From contig JAHQWL010000055.1 of the NCBI GenBank assembly GCA_029856155.1, positions 1 through 64,000 of the forward strand: a stretch of 64,000 nucleotides of DNA, read 5' to 3'. Each line of letters starts with the position of its first letter. Within the stretch, counting starts at the first letter, position 1. A model generated the notes under the pieces. That model worked only from the letters and a program-made list of their open reading frames with translations, did no database searches and was not told the origin of the DNA. Below, piece by piece: positions 27,824 to 36,659 of this stretch. Both the position numbers and the translations under genes were made by a program. The stretch is from Promethearchaeia archaeon. Lineage in GTDB: Archaea; Asgardarchaeota; Lokiarchaeia; Sigyniarchaeales; SOKP01.

Positions 27824-28912
27824 TTATTTTTGATTTTTCAAATATTCATGCATTTCGACTAAAGTACTTGTTCTTATTAGAGCAGCTTTAAGAAATTGGA
27901 ATCCTATATCGTAAGTTGACCCGTCGCCTCCAATATGTATAACATAAGGCACTTCTCCATCAAATAAACCCTTTGCCTTAAGTATTTTATATGCCGTGCT
28001 TATTCCATCTGCTACAGTAGCACCAGATTCAAAAAGATGATGAACCCATGGCACACGCCAAGAACTTACGTTATCCTTTGAAGTTGATACTTCAGAGCAT
28101 GATGTATTATTTACATAAATGATGTTATCACCTGCAACTTGAGTTGCTGCTGTAGTCATTTGATTTAAAACCATCCCGGCTCCACATCCTGGGCAGAGGC
28201 CATGTCCTGGGGATAAGTGCGTTTGGGGTTCTAATGCTTTTCGGTTAATTCGATATATATCAATTGGTTTATCTGCGCCAAATTGTTCTATTAATCCTTT
28301 TAGTTTAATATTTCTTTGCTCTGTATAAAATATTATTTCGTCAATTTCCTTTTCCATGAATTTTGGCTTAAATAAGTGTCTGAATCGTCCCATAGATTTC
28401 AAATATTCAATAAATTTATCCTTATCTATATCTAATCCTCTATAATATGAGAATTTTGGCATTCCATCCGTTACACGAATAGTATATAGTGGCCAATACC
28501 CACAATCTGTAGCTAATTTCGATATTTTAACAGCATCTTCAGCAGCGTGTCTCCAACCTCTCATACAATCAGAGTATGCTTGAAGAAAAGAAGAGCCATT
28601 AGTTTTTAAAGCCTCAATAATTTTTCCCATAAAATCATTTGGATAAGCAGGGTTCAAGGTAGCTAAGAATAATGCATTAGAACCATAGAAAGCAAAAGGA
28701 GTAACTAAATCTTGTTTTACTCCAACTTTTCCAGGTATCTTCTCTCCTGCGGGACCAGTTGTAGTAGACGCGTAAGGAGGTGTAGCTCCACTTTCTTGTA
28801 TACCAGTATTCATAAACGCTTCATTATCATAATTAAAGAATAAAACGTTGTTTTTTCCATCTCTTGCTAGTAAATCTTCCATTTTTATAATATTTCTTTC
28901 TGGTTGCGACAT
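27824..28912 (-). CDS. porB: pyruvate/ketoisovalerate:ferredoxin oxidoreductase beta subunit, circularly permuted
   Basis: All PorB motifs present but in swapped order: YDNEAFMNTG (28-37) and CMRGW (116) come before GHGLCPGC (240/243), SCSEV (272) and GGDGSTYDIG (328-337). Confidence 0.88.
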   Translation of the reverse strand: MSQPERNIIKMEDLLARDGKNNVLFFNYDNEAFMNTGIQESGATPPYASTTTGPAGEKIPGKVGVKQDLVTPFAFYGSNALFLATLNPAYPNDFMGKIIEALKTNGSSFLQAYSDCMRGWRHAAEDAVKISKLATDCGYWPLYTIRVTDGMPKFSYYRGLDIDKDKFIEYLKSMGRFRHLFKPKFMEKEIDEIIFYTEQRNIKLKGLIEQFGADKPIDIYRINRKALEPQTHLSPGHGLCPGCGAGMVLNQMTTAATQVAGDNIIYVNNTSCSEVSTSKDNVSSWRVPWVHHLFESGATVADGISTAYKILKAKGLFDGEVPYVIHIGGDGSTYDIGFQFLKAALIRTSTLVEMHEYLKNQK

Positions 28913-30142
28913 TTATCTATCTACCCCCAAAATTTTATCTTTTGATTCTCTTACACCGAGATAAGAATAAAGAGATCCTTTCATATCTGTTACAGAAGCC
29001 ATTTTCTTTTTTGCGACAGTAAACTCATCCCTAGTAACATCTCGACCTCCCAAACCTACAATATAGCTTCTAAATATTGTTCCAAGGGGATATAGAGCTG
29101 AGGCAATTGTCATCGAAAATGGAGGTAAAAGTCCATTTAATGAATCTGATTTTTCTAAGATTATTAGTTTCTCGATATTGTGTTCTTGGACTATTTTTTG
29201 CAATTCTTCATAAGGAAATGGTCTGTAAGCACGTATTTTTATTAAACCTATGTCTTTATTTTTTGTCATCCAGCTTATTATGTTCCCACACATTGATCCC
29301 ATTGTAAGAAATGCTGTTTTTGACGAATTATCAAGATTAAATGTTTCAATTAAATCATATTCACGTCCAGTGGCATTCGCAAAATCTTTAAAACATTTTT
29401 TCATTATTCCTAAAACCGGTTTTTTATCTTCCTCCAATCTCATTCTACCCTCCATAAAATAATCAGGTGTCACAATTCCACCCCAAGTACCAGGCTTTTC
29501 AGGTGTTATATGATGCCTTGGCTTCTTTGGAGTTAGTTTTCTGACAACCTCATCGGAGATGAGAGTAAGGTTCTGTACTGAATGTGAAATAATAAAACCA
29601 TCATGCACAAACATCGTTGGAAAAAGAGAATCTTCTGAAATCATAACTGATATGATTGCAGCATCATAGGTCTCTTGCACGTTTTCAGATACAATGCAAT
29701 TCCATCCTAATTCAGAATTAGTTTGTGTGTATTCCCAGCTATTCCAAATTGACAAGTTGGGAGAATTAAATGCTCTCGCTGAAATCATCATGGTTAAAGG
29801 TACTCGCCATCCTACAGCCATAGGTAATGCTTCGGTCATTAATAAATAACCTTGAGAAGCTGTCGCTGTAAAAGTTCTAGCTCCCGCTGCACAAGCAGCT
29901 GTTGAATAACTTATTGCTGCTAATTCTGATTCAACATTTATAAATGCGGCTTTCAATCTTCCTTGATGAACTACATCAGATAGACCTTCAACTGATTGAG
30001 TTTGAGGTGTGATTGGAAATGCACAAATAACATCTGGATCTGTTTGTGTCACTCCGCCTGCTACAGCATAATTGCCTATCATCGTAGTTTCGATAGGCTC
30101 TTTAATTTCCTTGAAAAAAATACGCATTGGTTCTACACTCAT
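28913..30142 (-). CDS. porA: pyruvate/ketoisovalerate:ferredoxin oxidoreductase alpha subunit
   Basis: GNYAVA, FPITPQT, VESE, TATASQG, DGFIISH, GLGGRD; start ATG 30142 follows GGAGGTGA RBS (ORF track 30178). Confidence 0.9.
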   Translation of the reverse strand: MSVEPMRIFFKEIKEPIETTMIGNYAVAGGVTQTDPDVICAFPITPQTQSVEGLSDVVHQGRLKAAFINVESELAAISYSTAACAAGARTFTATASQGYLLMTEALPMAVGWRVPLTMMISARAFNSPNLSIWNSWEYTQTNSELGWNCIVSENVQETYDAAIISVMISEDSLFPTMFVHDGFIISHSVQNLTLISDEVVRKLTPKKPRHHITPEKPGTWGGIVTPDYFMEGRMRLEEDKKPVLGIMKKCFKDFANATGREYDLIETFNLDNSSKTAFLTMGSMCGNIISWMTKNKDIGLIKIRAYRPFPYEELQKIVQEHNIEKLIILEKSDSLNGLLPPFSMTIASALYPLGTIFRSYIVGLGGRDVTRDEFTVAKKKMASVTDMKGSLYSYLGVRESKDKILGVDR

Positions 30143-30146
30143 TGAA

Positions 30147-31154
30147 CTATTCACCTCCACTTTCTTCTGGTATTGCACAAGATGCGGGACCTTGTTTTAA
30201 TTTCTTACTTATAGCTTCTACAGGACATATATTTATACAATTCTGGCATGATTTACAATGAAAACTGTCTATTCCCGCCATGTGCCATAATCCATCATCT
30301 CCCTTTTCTCGAATTATCGCGAAATCTGGGCAAATATACCAACATTGAGCGCAATCAGTACATTTTTCTTTATCCCATATGATGTCCCATTCACCCCATG
30401 TTCCCGTCATTACCTGAGAACTTCCATAGGGAATGATATTTTCGTCACAATACCATACTCCTGCCTTATCCATCTCTTTATATCCCGGTAATCCAGGTTT
30501 TACTTGTTGCCAGGGTACTTTTGTATCTAAAGAAAAATTTATATCTATTCCAAGATCATACAAACAAGTTTCTTCAATAGCTTGTTTTATAGCTTGAATA
30601 TTTTTGCCTGCGATTGCACCTTTGAACCTTCTCATTATGGCATCAGATATTTCATCTAAGGAAAAGAGATAGGATACTCGAATTAAAGCACCTAAAATAA
30701 TAGTATTAGTTATATTTCTACCCAAAACCTCTAAAGCAATTCTCGTTGCATCTATTGTTGCCACATTTATATCTTTTCTTCCTACTATATCTTGGATGGA
30801 AGCTTGATCCATAACAGTATTTACAATTAACCAACCTCCTTTAGGCATACCGGCAGTTACATTAATTTCTCCTAAAAGAGAGGGATCTAAGACAGATACA
30901 AAATGAGGTCCATAAACTTGTTCATTGGATCGCACTAAATCTTCATTTAATGAAAGTCTAACATAACTTTCAGTTGGAGAACCCATTCTTTCAGCGCCGA
31001 AAAGAGGTTGACAAACACCATAGCCGCAAAAAGCTTCTACACACAAATTGGAAGCTGTAACCCCGCCTTGTCCACCTCTCGCATGGAACCTAAGGTTAAC
31101 TACCTCATTTCTTAAAACTTCTTTAATTCGTTCTGGAGTTAACATATTGAGCAA
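30147..31154 (-). CDS. fused Por gamma + delta subunit
   Basis: HARGGQGGVT, FGAERMG, NTIILGA (gamma), then TGTW, CTDCAQCWYICP and CKSCQNCINICP (delta 2x[4Fe-4S]). Confidence 0.88.
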   Translation of the reverse strand: MLNMLTPERIKEVLRNEVVNLRFHARGGQGGVTASNLCVEAFCGYGVCQPLFGAERMGSPTESYVRLSLNEDLVRSNEQVYGPHFVSVLDPSLLGEINVTAGMPKGGWLIVNTVMDQASIQDIVGRKDINVATIDATRIALEVLGRNITNTIILGALIRVSYLFSLDEISDAIMRRFKGAIAGKNIQAIKQAIEETCLYDLGIDINFSLDTKVPWQQVKPGLPGYKEMDKAGVWYCDENIIPYGSSQVMTGTWGEWDIIWDKEKCTDCAQCWYICPDFAIIREKGDDGLWHMAGIDSFHCKSCQNCINICPVEAISKKLKQGPASCAIPEESGGE

Positions 31155-31291
31155 ATTTTTAATTGTTTTCTAAATAATCAATTTCGATAAAATAAATCTT
31201 AGGATAAAATTTAAGTTATGTATAATCTTTCTTAAAACTTTCCTAGATCTTGTTTATAAAAAATAGCACATATAATTAGGGAATAGGTTAC

Positions 31292-32539
31292 TTAATTATA
31301 TTCGTTTTCTAGCTTTTTTACAACATCTATACATAAAAGAAGAATGTTTTTAAGTCCTTCTTTTGAAATTAAATCCATATTATCATTTTTAGTATGAACA
31401 AATTTTAAACCTGGTTGAGAACCAAGCCAACAAGCTTCAAAACCTTCGTTAACAATAGGCATATAATCAGACCAAGCTCCAGTAGGAGCATAAATGTCTT
31501 TTAATTTAATATCTAACTCTTTACCACTTTCTAAAAATAACTTATTTAATTTCTTAGAAGAAACTTTTCTTGGAATTCCATATGATGATATTAATCTAAT
31601 TAGTTCATGTCCACCTATTAAATCTAGGTTAATAAAATAAGTCGAATTTTTAGCAAATTGCTCTTTATATTTTTGAATGAAATGAACTGCTCCTCCCAAA
31701 TTTAACTCTTCTGAACTAGTAGACAAAAACAGTAAATCTATATTATTAATTGGATTCATTTTATAATATCTTGCAAGTTCTATTAATACACCCACCGCAG
31801 CTGCATTATCATATGCTCCAGGGGATTCATTGCCGGTTTTATTGAAATAATTAATTGCTCCAATTATAGCAATAATAATACTTAGATCCAATAATATACT
31901 ATTCAAAATAGGTATATTAAAATTAATAATAATTGAAAGTATGCTTAATATAAAATAGATTATCATTAATATCAGAGAACCAAAAACGGAGACAAGAAAT
32001 ATAATAATTCGAGTCGATGTTGGAAATGATTGAGATTTTGAATCCCAATGCCCTATAAAAATTACTTTTGCATAAGATTTGGTACTTTTCAAGATTGTAT
32101 AAATATTTTCTGTCTCATAATTATTTGCCTCATTTCTAAATAATTTAATTTTCGTTGAAACAGATATACCAAGCGCTTTAAATGAGATATAAATAGCAAA
32201 AACAAATACAACAAGTGTTAAAAAAGGACTAATATAGGTTGAGAGAGCCAATAAAATCAATACGGAACCTGTAATTAAAAATATAAATCTTATTAAAATC
32301 CAATTATAAAAAGAGGTTTTAAAAGTGTCTCTGTATATTGGAATATTGCCTACATTTTGAAATTCATCAACTACAATCTCTTTAGCTTTTTTCTCTCCCT
32401 CTGAACCTATCAATCTAGGGAAAGCAAGTCTTTCTGTTATTCGATATACATTATCGACATTAAATTCCTTATCAGAGTTATTTTTATCTACTTTTTTGGT
32501 TTCCAATTCTTCTGATTTCATTTTTGACTCTAAAATCAT
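31292..32539 (-). CDS. membrane-embedded M28 family metallopeptidase
   Basis: PRLIGSEG, GHWDS, GAYDNAAA, SEE, NLD, SDY, HT; two pairs of TM helices inserted. Confidence 0.85.
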   Translation of the reverse strand: MILESKMKSEELETKKVDKNNSDKEFNVDNVYRITERLAFPRLIGSEGEKKAKEIVVDEFQNVGNIPIYRDTFKTSFYNWILIRFIFLITGSVLILLALSTYISPFLTLVVFVFAIYISFKALGISVSTKIKLFRNEANNYETENIYTILKSTKSYAKVIFIGHWDSKSQSFPTSTRIIIFLVSVFGSLILMIIYFILSILSIIINFNIPILNSILLDLSIIIAIIGAINYFNKTGNESPGAYDNAAAVGVLIELARYYKMNPINNIDLLFLSTSSEELNLGGAVHFIQKYKEQFAKNSTYFINLDLIGGHELIRLISSYGIPRKVSSKKLNKLFLESGKELDIKLKDIYAPTGAWSDYMPIVNEGFEACWLGSQPGLKFVHTKNDNMDLISKEGLKNILLLCIDVVKKLENEYN

Positions 32540-33471
32540 ATCTTTTTGTTATTTATAAAATATTTAAACCACTCGATTGGAAGGGTTTTTTTCACTTTTT
32601 CTAAAAATTCTTTAATACCCAGCACACCTAAATCTGAAATAATTCCAGAAATATATTTTGCTGGTGTAATATCAAAATAGTAATTATGGACCTCTAAAAA
32701 TTTATTTGTTATCTCCCTATTATAAACTTCTTTTATTGGTTTTTCTGATATCAAAATACTGTATCCATAATGGCTTTTTAAATTGTATTTATATAAATCA
32801 CACACAGCATACACTTTTATATTTCTTGTATTAGCTAATACTGCCAGGGGAAATGTCCCAATTTTATTGACAATGGAACCATCTATTAAGATACTGTCAA
32901 CACCTACTAAAACCGTGTCAATTTCATCAATAAAAGTACCAATAGCAGCATCTATAATTAAATGAGTTTTAAAATATGGAGATAAGGTTTCAGCAACTCT
33001 CTGCCCTTCGAGGAGAGGTCTTGATTCCAGTACATAAATTTCAATGTTAAATTGTTTGTTTTTCAATAATAGATTGATAATTGTTGAGCTATATGATATC
33101 AACATAACTTTCAGTGGAATTCTCTTGTTTTCTTTCAAAAATCTGTAAAAAAGCAACTCTAAAGATTCTTTCTTTTTCTGTTTATCAACAAGAAACTGCT
33201 TCAATCTTTCTTCTATTATTTCTTTATTTATTATCTCAAAATCATGTATAATATATCCAATTGTATTGATTAAAGGAGCCATACTTGGGCGCGCATCAAT
33301 TATTTGTTTCGATAAAACCATCATTTCTTCTTTAATGTCTTTTTTTGGGTCATGTGTTAGACTAAGTTGAAATTTAATTATTTCAAGAGCTTTATCAATT
33401 AATTCATTCGCTCCAGAGATATTGTCCTCTCTTAATTCTCTTAGTAAATTTTGAATATTTTGTATTTGCAA
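32536..33471 (-). CDS. IF-2B family protein (aIF-2B / R15P-isomerase-like)
   Basis: SGA, ARPSM, ESRP, GVDS, NKIGT, FDITP. Confidence 0.85.
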   Translation of the reverse strand: MQIQNIQNLLRELREDNISGANELIDKALEIIKFQLSLTHDPKKDIKEEMMVLSKQIIDARPSMAPLINTIGYIIHDFEIINKEIIEERLKQFLVDKQKKKESLELLFYRFLKENKRIPLKVMLISYSSTIINLLLKNKQFNIEIYVLESRPLLEGQRVAETLSPYFKTHLIIDAAIGTFIDEIDTVLVGVDSILIDGSIVNKIGTFPLAVLANTRNIKVYAVCDLYKYNLKSHYGYSILISEKPIKEVYNREITNKFLEVHNYYFDITPAKYISGIISDLGVLGIKEFLEKVKKTLPIEWFKYFINNKKI

Positions 33472-33733
33472 TCTGATTTAATTGAATTATTTTTTGAATT
33501 ATTGCCAATTAATTAGGATTAATCAAGCATAATTTAAAAATACAGACAATTAGTAGAACCTTTTAAATATTCGACAGATTGCTAAAGTAATCCAAAAGGG
33601 AAAATATTTCGTCTTTATATAATTTAATCAAATTCTAGCTAAATTAGATTAACTATATACTTCTCATTTAAAAAATAATAATAAAAAAAAATAATTTAAG
33701 TTTTGATTAAGTATCTGTTTTTACTATTTAGCC

Positions 33734-36058
33734 TTAATGATGGTGCCAACAATGATGCCAATGATGAATCCAATGATGATGACAATGACAATCCCAATGA
33801 TGAGACCAATGTCTCGGATGTGCATTGAAAGAATACCAAGTTCCAAATGTATGCTCATATCCTGGTTGGTTAGCAGCCACCATTACAATAGTAGTTTCCG
33901 TCCGTCTACCCTTAGAAGTCGTAAAATATTTTTTACCTTCTTCAGTTTCATCATTGAGGTACATATGAGTTATATAATGGCATGACCAATATGGAGTACC
34001 ATCCTTCTTAAAATAGATTGTCGTTTGGATAAAACTTACTTCAAAATCATTATAGACTATCTCATCGTTTAAGTACCATCCATAACCTACTGGACTAACA
34101 GTCCAGTCACCCACAGATTCACAATCATCAGAGAATCCAATTTCAGGTATTGAGATATCATCAATATACCATCCTGAAGCAAGAGTATAACCATCAGTCC
34201 AATAAGTAAAAGACAAATCTATTGTGTGTCCTGCGAAAGGTGTGAGATCCATTACTTCTGTGTATATACCACCACTGTCTCCTGTAAAGCAGTTCCATGT
34301 TCCTGTATAATTATACATATATGGCTCTCTTTCAGTAGGAGTGTATGGATTGTCCTGTGCATAACCAAGATAATCTGTGGTATAAAGCCCTGGTAGTGTT
34401 GTCCACAATCCAGTACTATGGTCATATACCTCTACATAGCCATAATCCCAATCTAATTCGATTGAGAAGTAATTTTCGAAAGTAAGAGTCGCTCCTGTAG
34501 CAGGTACATCAAAAGTTTGAGTAAGTGTCCACCATGACCAAGCCAATCCATCAGAATGCCAATTATGTGTACCACTAGTTGGCGAGGCACCACATGTATC
34601 CTGACCATCGAATTCTATCTCAAGGAAGGTTGGCATCCTAGTAAATTCTACATAACTTGCAGTGTACGGTAACCCACGGCCAACTAAAATATATTCACCT
34701 TCATGGGGATATTTATCTACAAACCATTCAAAATAGCCGGTATCTTGATACCAACTGTCCCACATCTCCATTACAAGAGGTATACTTAGCTCAAGATCAT
34801 AGGTACCACTGTATGTATTTTCAGAAGGAATATCTAATTCAAAGTAACCATATCTTCCCCAATCTAATGTTGGATCATCCAGATAGTTTGCAATACACCA
34901 GTCTTGGAAGATTTGATCAAATGATCTTTTGATACCCATTGCTGCAAGTGCATTTTCCCATCCTGCAATTCCGTTTGCCTGATCTTCAACTAGATAGGTT
35001 AATAATTCTGCTTCACCATAATGTTCATACATATAGTACGTCCACAGAAAGGATGCGCCATAGTCAGCTAAGTACCCTTCCCATATCGTTAATGGAGTAT
35101 CCCAGAACCAGAGTAAATACTCCGATATATGTCCTGGTGAGAATCCATATCCACAAAGCCATTCAGCTAAAGTTGCACAGCCTTCATCAACCCAGGAAAG
35201 TTCATCAGGGTCTCTGTCATAGTGGATAAGATGCTGGAATTCATGGGCAAAAGTTCCTTCATATTGCCAAGCTAATACACTGAGATATGAGTAATCAAAT
35301 CCATTATAGGGATCCTCCATTGGTGGATTTTCACCTTGCCTTCTCCACCATTGGTAAGTATCCATGTGGAATGCGTTAGAATAGAAATAATCAGCGATGT
35401 CAGACCAGAAATATCCCATGATAAACCCCTGAGCGTCTTCAGGGTGATAGAAAAATTCATCTTTAACGTTGAATACCATTATTTGAACTGTCCCATCCCC
35501 ATATGGACCAGGACGTACTGCAGGATCATTATTATACATACCGAAGTATTCTATATCAGTTGGATGAATGTTATTATCGAACTCATCTAGGATTTCTAAG
35601 AGATCCGCTCCTGTAATATAATCAACATAACCCGGTGGTAAATAATAGCCACCCGGATAACTTGAATCAGGGTAACCAGTAGAAGACCATGGATAACTAA
35701 AAAACCATACATCATCAGGACTATAACCAGGCTCACCATTATCAACATACGAATCATATACTGGATCCAATGCAACCCAAATATTCCCATAGGTACCATT
35801 AAAGATATTTTCAAAATAGAGCCATTGTTGTGTGCCATAATAATCGTTAATGGTGGGATAAAGCCATGGACTATTTGGTGGTTTAAAGGTTGCATCCTCA
35901 AGTGATAAAGTATCAGCAGATTTGCAATCATAAAGTGGTTCAATATCAAAGGATGATGTTTCACTCTGAATATTACCTGTTACATTTAACATTGATGAAA
36001 AGCTAGCAATACTTAAAAAGGTGAAGACTATTAAAATTGTAACTAATTTTTTTCTCAT
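33734..36058 (-). CDS. secreted zinc metallopeptidase (immune inhibitor A/M6- or M30-like) with His/Trp-rich tail
   Basis: Signal peptide MRKK + hydrophobic stretch; AHEFQHLIH..WVDEG; IELDWDYGYVEV..DLTPFAG..GWYIDD InhA-like domain. Confidence 0.8.
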   Translation of the reverse strand: MRKKLVTILIVFTFLSIASFSSMLNVTGNIQSETSSFDIEPLYDCKSADTLSLEDATFKPPNSPWLYPTINDYYGTQQWLYFENIFNGTYGNIWVALDPVYDSYVDNGEPGYSPDDVWFFSYPWSSTGYPDSSYPGGYYLPPGYVDYITGADLLEILDEFDNNIHPTDIEYFGMYNNDPAVRPGPYGDGTVQIMVFNVKDEFFYHPEDAQGFIMGYFWSDIADYFYSNAFHMDTYQWWRRQGENPPMEDPYNGFDYSYLSVLAWQYEGTFAHEFQHLIHYDRDPDELSWVDEGCATLAEWLCGYGFSPGHISEYLLWFWDTPLTIWEGYLADYGASFLWTYYMYEHYGEAELLTYLVEDQANGIAGWENALAAMGIKRSFDQIFQDWCIANYLDDPTLDWGRYGYFELDIPSENTYSGTYDLELSIPLVMEMWDSWYQDTGYFEWFVDKYPHEGEYILVGRGLPYTASYVEFTRMPTFLEIEFDGQDTCGASPTSGTHNWHSDGLAWSWWTLTQTFDVPATGATLTFENYFSIELDWDYGYVEVYDHSTGLWTTLPGLYTTDYLGYAQDNPYTPTEREPYMYNYTGTWNCFTGDSGGIYTEVMDLTPFAGHTIDLSFTYWTDGYTLASGWYIDDISIPEIGFSDDCESVGDWTVSPVGYGWYLNDEIVYNDFEVSFIQTTIYFKKDGTPYWSCHYITHMYLNDETEEGKKYFTTSKGRRTETTIVMVAANQPGYEHTFGTWYSFNAHPRHWSHHWDCHCHHHWIHHWHHCWHHH
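33737..33820 (-). repeat. degenerate CAT/TGG micro-repeat encoding an H/W/C tail
   Basis: Encodes HPRHWSHHWDCHCHHHWIHHWHHCWHHH. Confidence 0.75.
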
Positions 36059-36659
36059 TTTTATATCATCTTTTTTTTTTTAAATTTGTGAAAAATTTCT
36101 TTTCCATTTATGCTGTTCAATATTCAAATTGTTGTCTCATTTGAACATAGGTTGAACAAAGCCAAAAAGTCACAAAATTTCTGTAAGTGGTTTGCACCCT
36201 ACGAAATTCTAGACATTTTTAGTGATCTTTATTATGCCGTGTTACATATAAATTTTTTTTTTTCATTTGACAAAATTGAAAAATGTATAAGAGATAATAG
36301 ATACTAGTGAATTTTACATTAATGTAAAATAAAAAAAAGATAAATTCACAAATATATATCTAAAATTGAAGAATCTATATTATTATATAGACAAATCTGT
36401 AGATAAATTTAATAAGTTTACATTATTGTAAATATATCTTTAAATAAATAGAAGAACTATAGTGGATCAGATCCTCATGAAGAACTAAAAGTATCATTAC
36501 TTATTTCAAAATTATTAATTTCTTACTAAAATTTATAGGCTTATTAAAATAACTAAAGACGCTTAATTTTTCTTGCAAATATATCATCTAATAGAAAAAA
36601 TGCATTTGTAAAAATATTAAATCTTAAAAATTTAATGCTATAAATAATTATAGGAAGTA

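Noticed and set aside
30143-30178. N-terminal extension of PorA overlapping gamma-delta
   Set aside because: ATG 30142 with a GGAGGTGA RBS is the better start.
33737-33985. + strand Met-rich ORF (MMVPTMMPMM...)
   Set aside because: Antisense shadow of the His (CAT) codons in the peptidase tail.
34657-35964. Cluster of 60-120 aa alternative-frame ORFs inside the peptidase gene
   Set aside because: No motifs; expected by-product of fewer stop codons in a less AT-rich gene.
36110-36307. 65-aa ORF in the long intergenic region
   Set aside because: No RBS or motif; overlaps the probable promoter region of the peptidase.
36374-36391. Palindrome TCTATAT-TATT-ATATAGA
   Set aside because: Almost all A/T in a very AT-rich spacer; likely by chance.
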